64,000 nt of DNA. Source: Blepharisma stoltei ATCC 30299. Lineage: Eukaryota; Protista; Ciliophora. How positions within the stretch are numbered: the stretch's first letter is position 1; each line of letters opens with the position of its first letter. Under the pieces are notes generated by a model. That model was not told the origin of the DNA. It ran no database searches and was given only the letters and a program-made list of their open reading frames with translations. Location of the stretch: NCBI GenBank assembly GCA_965603825.1, contig CBFDEM010000027.1, positions 186,001-250,000 of the forward strand. The letters run 5' to 3'. Below are positions 34,724-46,352 of this stretch, piece by piece. Both the position numbers and the translations under genes were made by a program.

Positions 34724-36067
34724 TTATTGAGTATGCTTTTTATACTGAACAACTTCAACCAGAATTCTATGCAGCACTGCTTTGGCATCATTTTCGCCTC
34801 CATATCCGAATTTAAGTCTTTCAATTTGTTGAGTAATTCCAAGGAGGTCTCCACATTCTCTGATATAATATTCAATATCTGTATCAGAGTACTTATTAGT
34901 CAGCTGAGCCAGCTTCACAACTTCACTCGCGAATTCTTCGTCAAGATCAAACATATCAAGCGCAGGCGGGTTCGGCTCTTTTAAGTTTGGAGGGAACAAA
35001 GCTGGCATTAAGCCTGGCAATGGAGCTTCAAACTGTGGAGGAATTAATGAGATCTGTTCATGCTTAACTCCTGTAGTTTCATACAGTTTAACAGCTTCTG
35101 GAATCATATCGGTGTCAAATTTGAAAAGAGACTCGTCAAAAAGCTGCCTGAAATTGGCTGATATGTTTTCACTCGTCTGCAAACAAGATTTGAGCGAGTC
35201 TGATAGTGATGCAATATCAGGGATTACAGCGTAATCTTGCAGATCATTATCTTCTTCAAGGCCTAAGTCTATATCAATATCTCCTCCTAAAAGTCATCTA
35301 GTTAGGATTTCCATCAGCTTGAAATTTTCTTCTTTTTCAAGATAATTGTCAGAGAACATAAGGTATGAGCCTACTACCATTAGTCTTCCTTTTCTTGTCT
35401 TTGAAGTATAAGCAGCTGCTATCGGTCTGTTCAGTGGGTATGAAATCGGGCCGCTTGATAAAATAGGTATTGCAGGCTTCTGGACATTCAAAGAAGCTCC
35501 ATTAGGGTACAAAAATGTCAAACCGCCATGGTCATCAGTTAACTCTACACCTTCATTCTTCAGCATGTGGGCAACAAAATTTTGTGCAATTAGGCTGCCT
35601 GCTTTAGCCTTTTGTTTTCCTTTGGCGAAATTTGAAATTTCTCGGTTGATGATACCATTGGATATACAGTTTTCTTTAGGGTGGAAATATTTTCTATTGT
35701 AAACTGTTCTTATTACTGAGTCATTATTTACTGAAATTCCATAATCCTCCAATAAATAGTTTAAGTTGGTTCCAAGCTTGGCTTCTCCTCCTTCATTGTA
35801 AAGAATAAGGATATTGCCGCCGCCTTGAGTATAGGTTTTCATTGCGTCTACTTCTTGTTTGCTGAACATCTCTCGAGGTCCCGCCAGAATAACTAAGGTT
35901 GCTTCAGCGAGCGTTTCTAATGAGATTTCTGATTGATTTACGGCGACTCGATATTTCTGGCGGAAGTAAGTTGAAAGTTTTCTATAAGATGAGTCAGGGA
36001 GACCGAGCTCTTTTTTGCATACGTTGAAAATTATGAGACCATTTTGGGAGTTTTCTTTACCTGCCAT
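34724..36067 (-). CDS. IFT52: Intraflagellar transport protein 52
   Basis: GIFT domain (NYLLEDYGISVNNDSVIRT, YFHPKE), LIPPQFEAPLP, LDMFDLDEEFASE; joined by TGA 35294-35296. Confidence 0.95.
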
Positions 36068-36506
36068 GAGGGAATTTTAAATGATCTATGAAAAGAGGAT
36101 ACAATAAAATGCAAGTTAAAATTGATGTGAGTGTGATAAATAAGAAATTTTGGATATAATAAATGGAATAGTATAAAACTAAAAGATTACATTTTATTAA
36201 ATATGAATCATGATTTATTAAAATAAATCCTATTCACTTATAAATAATTTATGTATGATTTTTGAAAAAAAATAAATAAACACCTCAATCGAAATAAATA
36301 TTCGTAAATAAAATTTTGAGCTATAATATTAAATTTAAAGCTCAACAGCTGCTTGTGATGCTTTTTCTTTCTAAGCATTATTATAATAAATAGTAGTTGC
36401 CATGCATTTTTAATTGCTAAAAAGTTGATTTTAGCTTAAGTTAATTACCTCTAAATGCAAAAACTTAATTTCACACTACTTAAATTTTTATTGAAAACAT
36501 TTTAAC

Positions 36507-38108
36507 TTAGTTTTGATTAGCAATTTCTTCTTTTTTAGCCATTTGGGTAGCCCTTCTAACAGTCAATCGTTTCTGTGAAAGTCTCCTCGTCACTTTTCTT
36601 TCTTTCCCTCTCCCATCATTTGCCTCTTCTGGCAAAGCTGAGGCATCTTCTGAAAAGCAAGTCATAATTTCTTTAAAATCCCCAAAATTCATCCCATTCC
36701 CAGCTTTTAGCTGAAACTCATTTAATATCTCAACCATATCTAACTCAGATATGAAGCACCCAGCTTTTTCCAATGCAAATTTTAGCTCTTCTACTTGAAT
36801 TGTCCCATTATTATCAACATCAAAATGCTTAAAAGTGCTTCACATTGACTCTTCGTCAAGTAGCCTTTTTCTGTCCATTGCTGCTATAAGAAATTGTGTG
36901 TAATTTAATTTTCCGTTACCTATATAATCAATTTGTTCTATTAAAGAGGATATCTCTTCACTAGCTAAGGAGTAGCCATTTCTTCTCATTGCGTCAGAAA
37001 TATCTTCTGCTGTGATAAATCCTGTTCTGCTTTGATCAATTTCTTGAAATGCTGCCTGTAGCTCAGCTATTTGTTCCTCTGATAAATCCCTAACGAAAAC
37101 TTTCATGGCTTCTTGCCACAATTTGCTTGGAGCTTTTAAGCTTTTAATTGAATTAAAAATTTCAAGCTTGATATGCTGAGCTTGGTGTTTTTGTCCTAGA
37201 TAGTGAAATCATGGATGGATCAAGGCATTTTTGATAGAAATCCTATGGTGAGGGTTCACCACAAGAAGCTTTTGGATTAAGCTTTTTGCATGTTTTGAAA
37301 TGACTGTTCATCTTTCATCATCAAAGTTATATTCGCATTTAACAATTTTTTTAAAAAGACCTTTAACATCATTCGCACGGAATGGATGGGTTCCTGAAAG
37401 CATAAAATACATTAAAACGCCTAGTGACCAGACATCACACTCTTTTCCATAATTTCCTTTCAGCACTTCTGGAGCTACATAATAGGGAGTCCCTACCATA
37501 GTATGAAGAGTATGGTCTTCACCAAATTTATTTGACATTCCAAAATCCACTAGTTTTATGTCAGCATCATGCGCTTTGCTCGCAAACAAAAAATTCTCTG
37601 GCTTTAGATCTCTATGGACTATTTTTAAGCTATGCAAATGGTTAACAGCTGAGAGCATACACTTCATGATTTTCCCGACTTCATCTTCAGTCAGCACCTG
37701 CTTATTTAGAATATAGTCAAAAATATCTCCTCCAGTACACAATTCCATAACAAGGTGGATATATCTGGCGTCTTCATAAATCTCATACAGTTTTATTATA
37801 TTAGGATGATCCACAAGTTTTAAAATATCGAGTTCTCTTTTCATTGTCACTAGGTTCTTTTTGACCTTGTCTTTGCATATAGATTTAATCGCGTATGTTT
37901 TTTCCATATGAATGTCTCTAATCTTTTTTGCTTCTCTGACGGTTCCAAATTGTCCATAACCTAAGACTTTTAAAAATTCGTACTTATCTCTGATGCCTAA
38001 TTTAAAATTACTTTCGAGTCTGACGTCGTTTGAAATTTCTGAGGTAGAAAGAATGCGAGCTTTACGAGGATTTTTCAATTGGGATTCTTTACATATACAC
38101 ACTCCCAT
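36507..38108 (-). CDS. CDPK: Calcium-dependent protein kinase (kinase + EF hands), N-acylated
   Basis: MGVCIC, GYGQFG, HRDLKPEN, DFG, GTPYYVAPE, HP(TGA=W)F, EF hands DQSRTG, DYIGNG, DVDNNG. Confidence 0.93.
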
Positions 38109-38272
38109 TTATTGAAGTAATTTGTTAATAAGAGGAAAAAAGAAAAATCGTTCTCGAATATTAATTTAGAATTGGAATTTAGCTGTTTAAGTAAAAAATT
38201 ATAGGAAAATGAAGGTTAGATAGAAAAAACAAATCATTTATAAATTTATTTGTAAATTAATAATACGAAATA

Positions 38273-38905
38273 TTAGTTGTGAGATCCTGACTGCTTATTT
38301 TGGTACTTCTTCTGGTCCTTCTGCTTTGGCTTGTTATGCTTCTTTTTCTTTTCATTATGCCTTTCACCTGAAATTTCATTATTTTGCCTTTTTGGTTTAT
38401 TTTTAGCTGTAATAGTAGTCCATTCATCATTATTTGGGCTTTTCTCGTCAGCTTTGAGCTCTTTTACTTCTTCTTTCTGAACATTTTCAGATGGTAGAAA
38501 AGTTTCAAAGCCAGGCGGAATTTCTAGGCCTTGTTGAATAATAAAATCATAGGTCTTCTGAGTAATCTGAAGAATTGGCCATTCAGGGTCTGGGATGTAA
38601 ATTTCGTTTAGGTCATTGTTTAGATCTGATTTAGGCTGAGATGAGGGTTGCTGGAAAATTCCGAAATTTTCTAGTGGAGACAAGGATTGGAAATTTGCTT
38701 CTCCTACCTCGTTGTAGTTACGGTCAGGGCAAGCCAACATATGAGAATCTAATTCATCAGTTAATACATGATGAATGCTGTTAAATGGACAAAGGACATA
38801 TACATTTGGAGTCGATTTCTTGTCTGGAGTTTTTGCTGTATATGGACTTTTATCTGAGTTTCCTCTAGGATCATAATAGTTCGCACTTTCCTTAGAAGAT
38901 CTCAT
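38273..38905 (-). CDS. CHHC (U11-48K/GTSF1/TRM13-type) zinc-finger protein
   Basis: CPFNSIHHVLTDELDSHMLACP = C-x5-H-x9-H-x3-C; rest disordered with a basic tail. Confidence 0.75.
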   Translation of the reverse strand: MRSSKESANYYDPRGNSDKSPYTAKTPDKKSTPNVYVLCPFNSIHHVLTDELDSHMLACPDRNYNEVGEANFQSLSPLENFGIFQQPSSQPKSDLNNDLNEIYIPDPEWPILQITQKTYDFIIQQGLEIPPGFETFLPSENVQKEEVKELKADEKSPNNDEWTTITAKNKPKRQNNEISGERHNEKKKKHNKPKQKDQKKYQNKQSGSHN

Positions 38906-39080
38906 TTATAGGACTCAATATTTTTTCATAATGATTTATTCCAAGTTGAAGTTAAGTTTGGTGTGCTGATAAACATAATCAATGAAAAAATTATTTTCAC
39001 GCTAAATTCATACAAATACTTATAATTTTATAATCCTTCTACTAAAACAAATTTTAAAATTGCTGTACTTAAATATAGTA

Positions 39081-40682
39081 TTATCTACGATTCTCATGTC
39101 TTTTCGCAATTTCATTTTGCTCTCTATGGAACTCTGCATGTATATCTTCGATTTTCTTGACTTCTTCTTTATTAGATTTTTGCCAATTATTTTTCCTTTC
39201 GTCCATAAGGTTCTAAATATCGATTACCATAATGTAAAATCTAAGTTTATTTGAAAGTTCTCCACTTCTATGTTCAAGTAAACTTCCAAGGTAGTCAAAA
39301 ATTCTGGTTGTTTCTGGCTTTAGCACATTTCTTTCAAAGCTTCCTCCACCTGTCCCTAACAATATACATGCTCCTTCAAGCTTGTCTTCATCTATCTGGT
39401 CTGAAATTACTCTGTCAGGAGGATCATGCTTCCCTGGCAGTCCTACTAAATCATGGACGCATTGCAGCACAACTCTTGCAGTGATTAATTTTACGTTGAA
39501 AAGTTCACCAATAAAACGAACATTTCCTAGCGTTTTTTTCTTTAAGAGGTTTCGCTTGTTTTCTTTTTGTTCTTCGTTTAATCCTTCTAAATAATTATCC
39601 TCAGGATTATACGAAAATGCTTCTTCACATATGTGTAATAATTTATGCTTAAAATGGTTTTTCGTCTTCGATTCGTCATCAGGGTATTTAAACCCTTCAA
39701 ACTGGTCCTTAAAATATCCGCAAAGCTTCGCGTACATTTGTGTGTATTTCTGTTCTGATCATGCTTTGTCAAATATTCCTTTTACTAATAGTCCAAGTTT
39801 TTCATAGCTTTCTCTCGCTATTTGGAGAAGCTGGTCTTGAAGTTTGTCTAAATTATTAGGAGAAAGCTTGTTTAAGGTAACTCTTACCTGTCTTTTTACC
39901 TTTTCTTCGTCTTCTACGGTAGCTTTTAGCTTTTCTGTATGTACTCTGGCTCTGTGGAAAATTTTTTCTTCTTCTTTGGTCTTTTCTCGTCTCCAGTTCA
40001 AGACCATTGGCTGCTGAGCCTGCCGCTCTTTTTCTCGCCATTCTCGGTCTTTTTGGCTCATTTTTTTGGTGTTGTGCCTATGTTCTCTTCGCTTGATCAA
40101 AATCGTTCTTTGGCTTATGGCTGATAATTCTTGGTCGATGTTCTTAAAATCGCTGTGGTTTTCGAATTGTTCTTTCAGGCTTCATATAATATCATAAGGA
40201 TAGACAAATCTTCCATTTACTTTCTCCACTTTTATATAAGGATCTCAGCTGGAGCCTGAATCTGAAGAATAATCATCGTCACTTTCCTCTTCTTCTAAAA
40301 TTGGTTCTTGGATAGGGTCAGCTTCTTGAATAAAAGGCGTTGTGGAAGGAAGAGTTGAAGGCTCAAAGCTGGTTGATGAAATTGTTGGGATAAATTCTGA
40401 GGCTGACGGGGAAAAGTTGACACTTACGAATTCCTTTGCGGATGGCTGCAGGGATGAGGGCAAAGTTGAGGTGGGAGTTCCTGGAACGAACTCAAAGGCT
40501 GTTGGGTTCCACTTTGTAGGTTCAGATTTTGGTATTGATATTGCTCCAGGAACAAATTCTTCTGCAGTAGAATTAAATGCAGATTTTTTTGGAGAGTCCT
40601 TTAGATGAGGTTGACCTTGATCGGGAGGAGCAGAACTGATTCTCTTTGGTAATAGGCCTTGCCGGGAGTCAGGTCCCTGCAT
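39081..40682 (-). CDS. eIF4G-like MIF4G protein with four PAM2 motifs, one 15-nt intron
   Basis: Three ORFs joined by TGA; RVTLNKLSPNN, IFDKA, KKKTLGNVRFIGELF; intron 39213-39227 restores RFYIMNLMDERKNNW...KKIEDIH. Confidence 0.88.
39213..39227 (-). other. 15-nt spliceosomal intron
   Basis: GTAATCGATATTTAG, phase 0, in-frame TAG. Confidence 0.9.
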
Positions 40683-41727
40683 AATTAATATGGCCAGTGT
40701 AAGATAATGAAGTTTTATTTACAAGATCTAACGAAAATACTTGATGTTGTGGCTATTTTTAAATGGAATAAACAAATTTAAATGCTCATCAATAATAGAA
40801 TCCTGTGAAAAATCAGTCTGTTGGAATTTATTTTACTTCAATAATTTTCACCTTAAAAGATATGTCGTACATATTTTACCCAGAAATTGCCTCAAATCAA
40901 AATGGTATTAATTTTGAATATTTCTCTCTTATCAAAAGAGTTTATTAGTTATAATACAACAGCATTTAAATATTAAAATGTCATTGCATTGCTTATCGCC
41001 CAGCTTGATAATATTCAAGCCAATTGATTTATTTAATTTTTGAAATTTCTAAGAAAAATTTGATGTGGAAAAACTTTCCTAAAAAATATTTTCAATTATG
41101 TGCTTACTTTCTTAGCACAGTGTACATCGAACTTAAAGCTGTTTATTAATTAAATTGAATAAAATTTTGTTTCAATAATGAAAATATAGTAAATAATCTT
41201 CTATTTGAATTTTTTTATGCAAATATTTTAATGGTATTTTGAAAATTTATTTATTGTATTCATTTTTGATCTTTAATTTCTATATATAAAGCCTGGAGAG
41301 TTTATTAAATTATATCAGTTATTTATTTTTAAAAGTCTTTATTCAATAATTTCTTCATTTAATGTGCTAAGGACTCTACAAAATATTTTTTAGACTTTCA
41401 AAGCAATTAGATTTTACCTTTGAAAGAAAGAAATTCTACGACTTTCACTAATGCTATTTTATTATAGAGGCTTTATTTTCTTGTCTACAATGTCAAAATA
41501 TTTTATGAGTTTTGTTAAAATTTATAAAAAAATATAAGGTGACTCCATAATTATCTCAAAATTTTTGAATAAATCAAAGGTGAATACATATACATTAAAA
41601 CCATCTTAATATTATATTTACAATCGATAATTTCATAATCACTTCTGGAATGAATTTAAATAAAAAATAAGTTATAATTCATTGGATTGTTTAATAAGTA
41701 ATAAAGAGATAAAAAATAGTAATAATC

Positions 41728-43482
41728 ATGGGACAAGCTGAATCATATAGTCAAATAAGGCTACAAAGAAGCACCACAGAAATTAAAAAACCTATCACGC
41801 GGCACAGTACAGGTGCTGCTTTTCACCCAAAAACTCTGAAAGTTCGTATTGGCTCAGATACTGTTTCAGTCGAAGTACCTGATGACTCAGTTACATGTGG
41901 ATGGCTTTTATCTGAAACAATTCGATTAAATAATTCACCGAATACATTAATTGGATTTAGAACTGCTTTGAATTCAGATATTTTGGATTTTTTATTAACA
42001 AAGTATGACAGGCCATTGTCATTCTTAAAAGATAATGAAGAATTAATTGCAATTTTTTCAGAACCTGTGCCTTCAGAAATTTCGTGCGGGACTTTCACAC
42101 CTATAAAGGTGATAGGAAAAGGCGGGTTTTCTACTGTTTTTCAAGTGCGGAAAAAAGATACTGGACATTTATATGCAATAAAAACAATTAGTAAAAAATT
42201 TGTAATAAAAGAAGATAAAATTTTCCAAATTGTAAGTGAAAAAGATATTATGACAAAACTTCAACATCCTTTTATAGTGAAATTGCACTGGACTTTCCAA
42301 ACTAAGGAAAACTTGCATTTAGTTATGGACTTGTGTCCAGGCGGTGAGCTATTTTTCCATCTGCATAACTTGGGGAGGTTTACAGAGGACCAAGCCAGAT
42401 TTTACTTTGGCGAAATTTTACTTGGGCTAGAGTACTTGCATGAAAATGGGGTATTATATCGAGATTTGAAGCCAGAAAATATTTTATTAGATTATGATGG
42501 ACATATAAAAATCACGGATTTTGGATTATCTAAGCAAGGAATTTTGCCGAATGGTTTAACATATAGTTTCTGTGGCTCACCAGAATATATGAGTCCTGAA
42601 GTTTTGAAAAGTCAAGGACATGGCCGAGCAGTCGATTACTACAGCCTAGGCGCTCTCCTATTTGAAATGCTAACTGGTTTACCTCCATTTTATGACTCAA
42701 ATAGATCCAAAATGTATTTTAAAGTTCTCAACGAACCATTAATGCTTCCAAATTTCATATCGAAAAGTGGAAGATCATTATTATGGGGATTATTAAACAA
42801 AGATCCATCTGAGAGGCTTGGAAATCTGGGAGGCTTCGCAGAAATCAAAGCCCACCCTTGGTGCAAAAAAATAAAATTTGACAAAATGCTAAGGAAACAA
42901 ATTGTACCTCCTTTTCGGCCAAATTTAAGGCTCTCAAACTTTGATCCTGAATACACAGTGATGGATATAGATCAAGATTTTTTGGCTGAAAATAGGAACT
43001 TTCATGATGAAAATTTTGCTGATTTTGAATATAGCATTGAGGACGAAATAAAAGATACTCTAGCTGTACCAAGTCACAATTTATCATCAATGTCAACTAT
43101 AACCTCAAAATCAGCTGACGTAGTATCAAGAAACGGCAGCCAATTAAAAGTTTTCGCTATTAATGAAGAAGAGGAAGAAGAAAAAGAGTCACAAATCGAA
43201 TCCAAGGCCAATACTCCTAGGGCGCTTTCAGCTGAAAATACCATCTCTTCTTTTATGTTCAAACCTCCAAAAGAACTAGGATTTTCTCTGAAAGCATTAA
43301 AAGAAAAAATTCCCAGAAAAGAAATAAAAATCCATTTACCTATAAATACAGCAAAGCACGCAACAGTTCTTCAAAGTGCTAATAAAGAGCCAAGCGGTAC
43401 GATGTCTTCCAATGAAGATTATGATGAAGCTGAAATCAATTTAATACCAGGATTTTCATCAAAATTTTTGCAGGAAGAGTAG
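41728..43482 (+). CDS. AGC-family Ser/Thr kinase (SGK/Akt/S6K-like)
   Basis: GKGGFS, GGELFFHL, YRDLKPEN, SFCGSPEY, PPFRP..NFDPE, FADFEY hydrophobic motif; MGQAES myristoylation signal. Confidence 0.93.
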   Translation: MGQAESYSQIRLQRSTTEIKKPITRHSTGAAFHPKTLKVRIGSDTVSVEVPDDSVTCGWLLSETIRLNNSPNTLIGFRTALNSDILDFLLTKYDRPLSFLKDNEELIAIFSEPVPSEISCGTFTPIKVIGKGGFSTVFQVRKKDTGHLYAIKTISKKFVIKEDKIFQIVSEKDIMTKLQHPFIVKLHWTFQTKENLHLVMDLCPGGELFFHLHNLGRFTEDQARFYFGEILLGLEYLHENGVLYRDLKPENILLDYDGHIKITDFGLSKQGILPNGLTYSFCGSPEYMSPEVLKSQGHGRAVDYYSLGALLFEMLTGLPPFYDSNRSKMYFKVLNEPLMLPNFISKSGRSLLWGLLNKDPSERLGNLGGFAEIKAHPWCKKIKFDKMLRKQIVPPFRPNLRLSNFDPEYTVMDIDQDFLAENRNFHDENFADFEYSIEDEIKDTLAVPSHNLSSMSTITSKSADVVSRNGSQLKVFAINEEEEEEKESQIESKANTPRALSAENTISSFMFKPPKELGFSLKALKEKIPRKEIKIHLPINTAKHATVLQSANKEPSGTMSSNEDYDEAEINLIPGFSSKFLQEE

Positions 43483-43545
43483 TGTGTATTATAAAAGTGA
43501 AAATAGAAATTACGAAACATTATTATATAAATAAGCATAACCCAA

Positions 43546-45822
43546 TTAAGTTGCAGCAGGAGATTGTATTTCTTTTTGAATCCCATTTGAAGCTAAACTA
43601 ATTCTTCTGGACGCTGAGTCTTCAAATCCAGAGCCAGATGCAAAAGGCGTTAATCTTCTTTGTCTTCCTTTTTCTTCTCAACTTCTATAGTTGTTTTTCA
43701 ATTGTTCTAGGCAATTTACATTGATTTCTTCTGAGTGCAAATATTTGCACCACACTTCGTATAATGGTATACATATATTTTTAAGAAACCCAGCTTGGCT
43801 TTTATACACATCTGTTGTATCTCGATCACAGTACGTAGAAACTGGCATTCCTTTAGCTTTTTCTATATCTCCCTGCTTGAAAAACTCCTCCATAACAAAA
43901 GATGTCCATTTTTCATGCAGTTCTGGTATCTTTGCACTGTGGCCTATATCTGCACATTTTAATCCCATTGATAAAATAATGATTTTATCATCGTGGTTTT
44001 CCATTGATAAATCAGCTAAATTATTAGCTCGGGTATTGAATTTCCCCAAAATTTCAAAATGCCGCCCCATATCAGTTTCCAGGATCATTTCTATTATTAA
44101 TTTTCTGCATTTAACATAGTCTTCGTTCGATAAATTTTGGAAAATATTCTGACCAGCTTTTTGCATTATACTATATGTTTTATAAGCATGCATATTTTCC
44201 AAAACTCCTGCATCATTGTATTGTAAAGCTAGCTCGTCTCTGTTATTTATTAAAAACCTGTTGGTAACACCAGGGTGCTCAGCATCATGGCCTAAAGCAG
44301 CTACAATGCAAGACATAGTGTCTAAAGGAGTTAATGTTTGAAGTAGTTCACCTCGAATAATGAAATACAAAAGAGTATGTAAAACATCAGCTGCATGGCA
44401 AGCATTGTGATAAGCATTTTGGGTATGATATGACTATATAAATATTACTCTTTCAAGAGCTTGGAAAAATCTATCAGAGACTTCTTCTTGAATCGAAAAA
44501 GTTTCATTTAAGCTTCATTTCTGAAATAAATATTTTGCAACTATTGAAAGACTGCTCCCAGTTGTCTGGTATACAAATCATATGTCAAATTTTCAATTAA
44601 CCCCAACACAATATAAAACAGTTTCCAATTCTTCCATCCCATAACTTTTGGCTAAAAATTCAGGCTTTTTTTCTTGGACATCGAGCATTGAAACTCTTCT
44701 TACAGCTCCTCGCTGCGTTTTTTCATGCTTTTGATCCAAGCAAAGCTGCAGCACAAATGCTCTATCTTGTTCATCCATTTCTTGATTTTCACTGAATTTA
44801 TCAACATTAAACATGAACATATCGCCATGGGCAATTTTTCTTTTAATTTTTTCTATTTCGATGGTTGCGTTTTTTAATTTCACTTTGACGTCTTTAAACA
44901 TAATCACAGTTGCAGCAGCTTTTATATTTTGCTTAATTTTGTCAATAGCTCCTACAGTCACTTCAATTTCTGAATTAAACATGTTTTGAGTGTTTTTTTC
45001 GGGCTCTAAAAAAGAAGGATTTGGGTCTAAAGCTTCCTCTTCTTTTATCTTCCTATAGAATAGCTGTTTTGCTCTCATTTCTGCTTGATGTGATTCGATA
45101 ATCTGAATAACAAAGAAAATAACTAAAATAAAAAAATCAGAGAGAACAGCAATTGGTGACAAACTTGTCAACGTCAAAAAGCAGCCCAGCATAAGTATCA
45201 TCGTTATAAAAGAAATTCCCACAATAATAAAAAAGTTGTCATAAGTGATAGTTCTCAGAAGTACTATAAAGCAAGCCATCGCTAAAGTATGAGTCTGGGC
45301 ATTAGGATTATAATCATTACCAAACATTCCTGATAATACATTTTCATCGCATAAAACTAAATAAAACATAATCAGCAAACCAAGGATTCCAAAAAATAAA
45401 TTTGTGTAATATGCAAAATGATGATATTTTCAAATAAAGTATAAAACTGTGTATGACATCACTAAAATCATTGTCAAAAAAATCATTCTCACCGTAAATG
45501 GGCCAGTTTTTATTTTGTCTGAGTTGTAGAGTAGTGATCATGTCGCTAAGGAAATGACTAAATAGCAGGTTAGAAATAAATAAAAAATCAGTAAATTATT
45601 TTTGTATTCTCGGGATAGGTTGTTATCATTATGCTTATGGAAACATAGAGATTCTAAATATTTTTGGTTCAAAACCTTTTCTTTATAACTTATAAAGTTC
45701 GGATTTATTGGGAAGCAAATACTTTCATGCTCTTCATGGCCAAGAACTGAATAAATTGCATGACCAGTTTGTCTGAAATAAGGAGGGTCTCCTCTTCCAC
45801 CTTCTAGATGTGATCTTCGCAT
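43546..45822 (-). CDS. Membrane-anchored class I cyclic-nucleotide phosphodiesterase, one 15-nt intron
   Basis: Multi-TM N-half; (W)NFDI(W), YHNACHAADV, HDAEHPGVTN, LENMH, TDM, KCADIGH, EFFKQGD, SQAGF; several TGA read through to TAA 43546-43548. Confidence 0.92.
44434..44448 (-). other. 15-nt spliceosomal intron (PDE)
   Basis: GTAATATTTATATAG; removal gives ALERSYHTQNAYHN. Confidence 0.92.
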
Positions 45823-46020
45823 TTTTGACTAATAATTTACGGTTTTTGAAAAATTAAAATTTTATTAATTGAATAAACTGAGATTAATCAATATGAAATT
45901 GGTAAATTTGCATAAAAATAATATCAGAAAACAAATTTTGAGGAAATAAGCATAGCACTGAGCTTTTAGTTTCTGAAAATGTAGAGAATGAATAATGGAA
46001 TGAATTTTGTGCTAAATATT

Positions 46021-46038
46021 AAAAAAAATGAATAAAAA
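46021..46038 (-). terminator. Pol III oligo-T terminator of tRNA-iMet
   Basis: T5 one base after the tRNA 3' end, followed by T8. Confidence 0.7.
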
Positions 46039-46039
46039 G

Positions 46040-46111
46040 TAGCGAAGAATGGTTTCGATCCATCGACCTCTGGGTTATGAGCCCAGCACGCTTCCACTGC
46101 GCCACTTCGCT
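46040..46111 (-). tRNA. Initiator tRNA-Met (CAT)
   Basis: AGCGAAG...CTTCGCT-A acceptor with A1:U72, anticodon arm CTGGG CTCATAA CCCAG with three consecutive G:C pairs, GATCGAAA T-loop typical of eukaryotic initiators. Confidence 0.97.
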
Positions 46112-46352
46112 TGAGATTTAGATATGAATAAATATTATATAGGTCTTCTGAATTTCTTCTGTGTAGATACATATCTGCAGAGTTTATTTAAGATGCTCTT
46201 AATATGCTAAAAATCAATAATTTATTATAAAATAATAACTACCATTAAATTTCTTAAATAAAGCTAAACTATTTTATGCCTTGATCCAATTGCAATGCTA
46301 TTATTTGATAATAAAATTGCCCTAAAAATATCATCAATAAAATTGGGAATAA

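Noticed and set aside
45966-46172. 68-aa ORF containing GAVEACWAHNPEV
   Set aside because: Translation of the tRNA-iMet gene.
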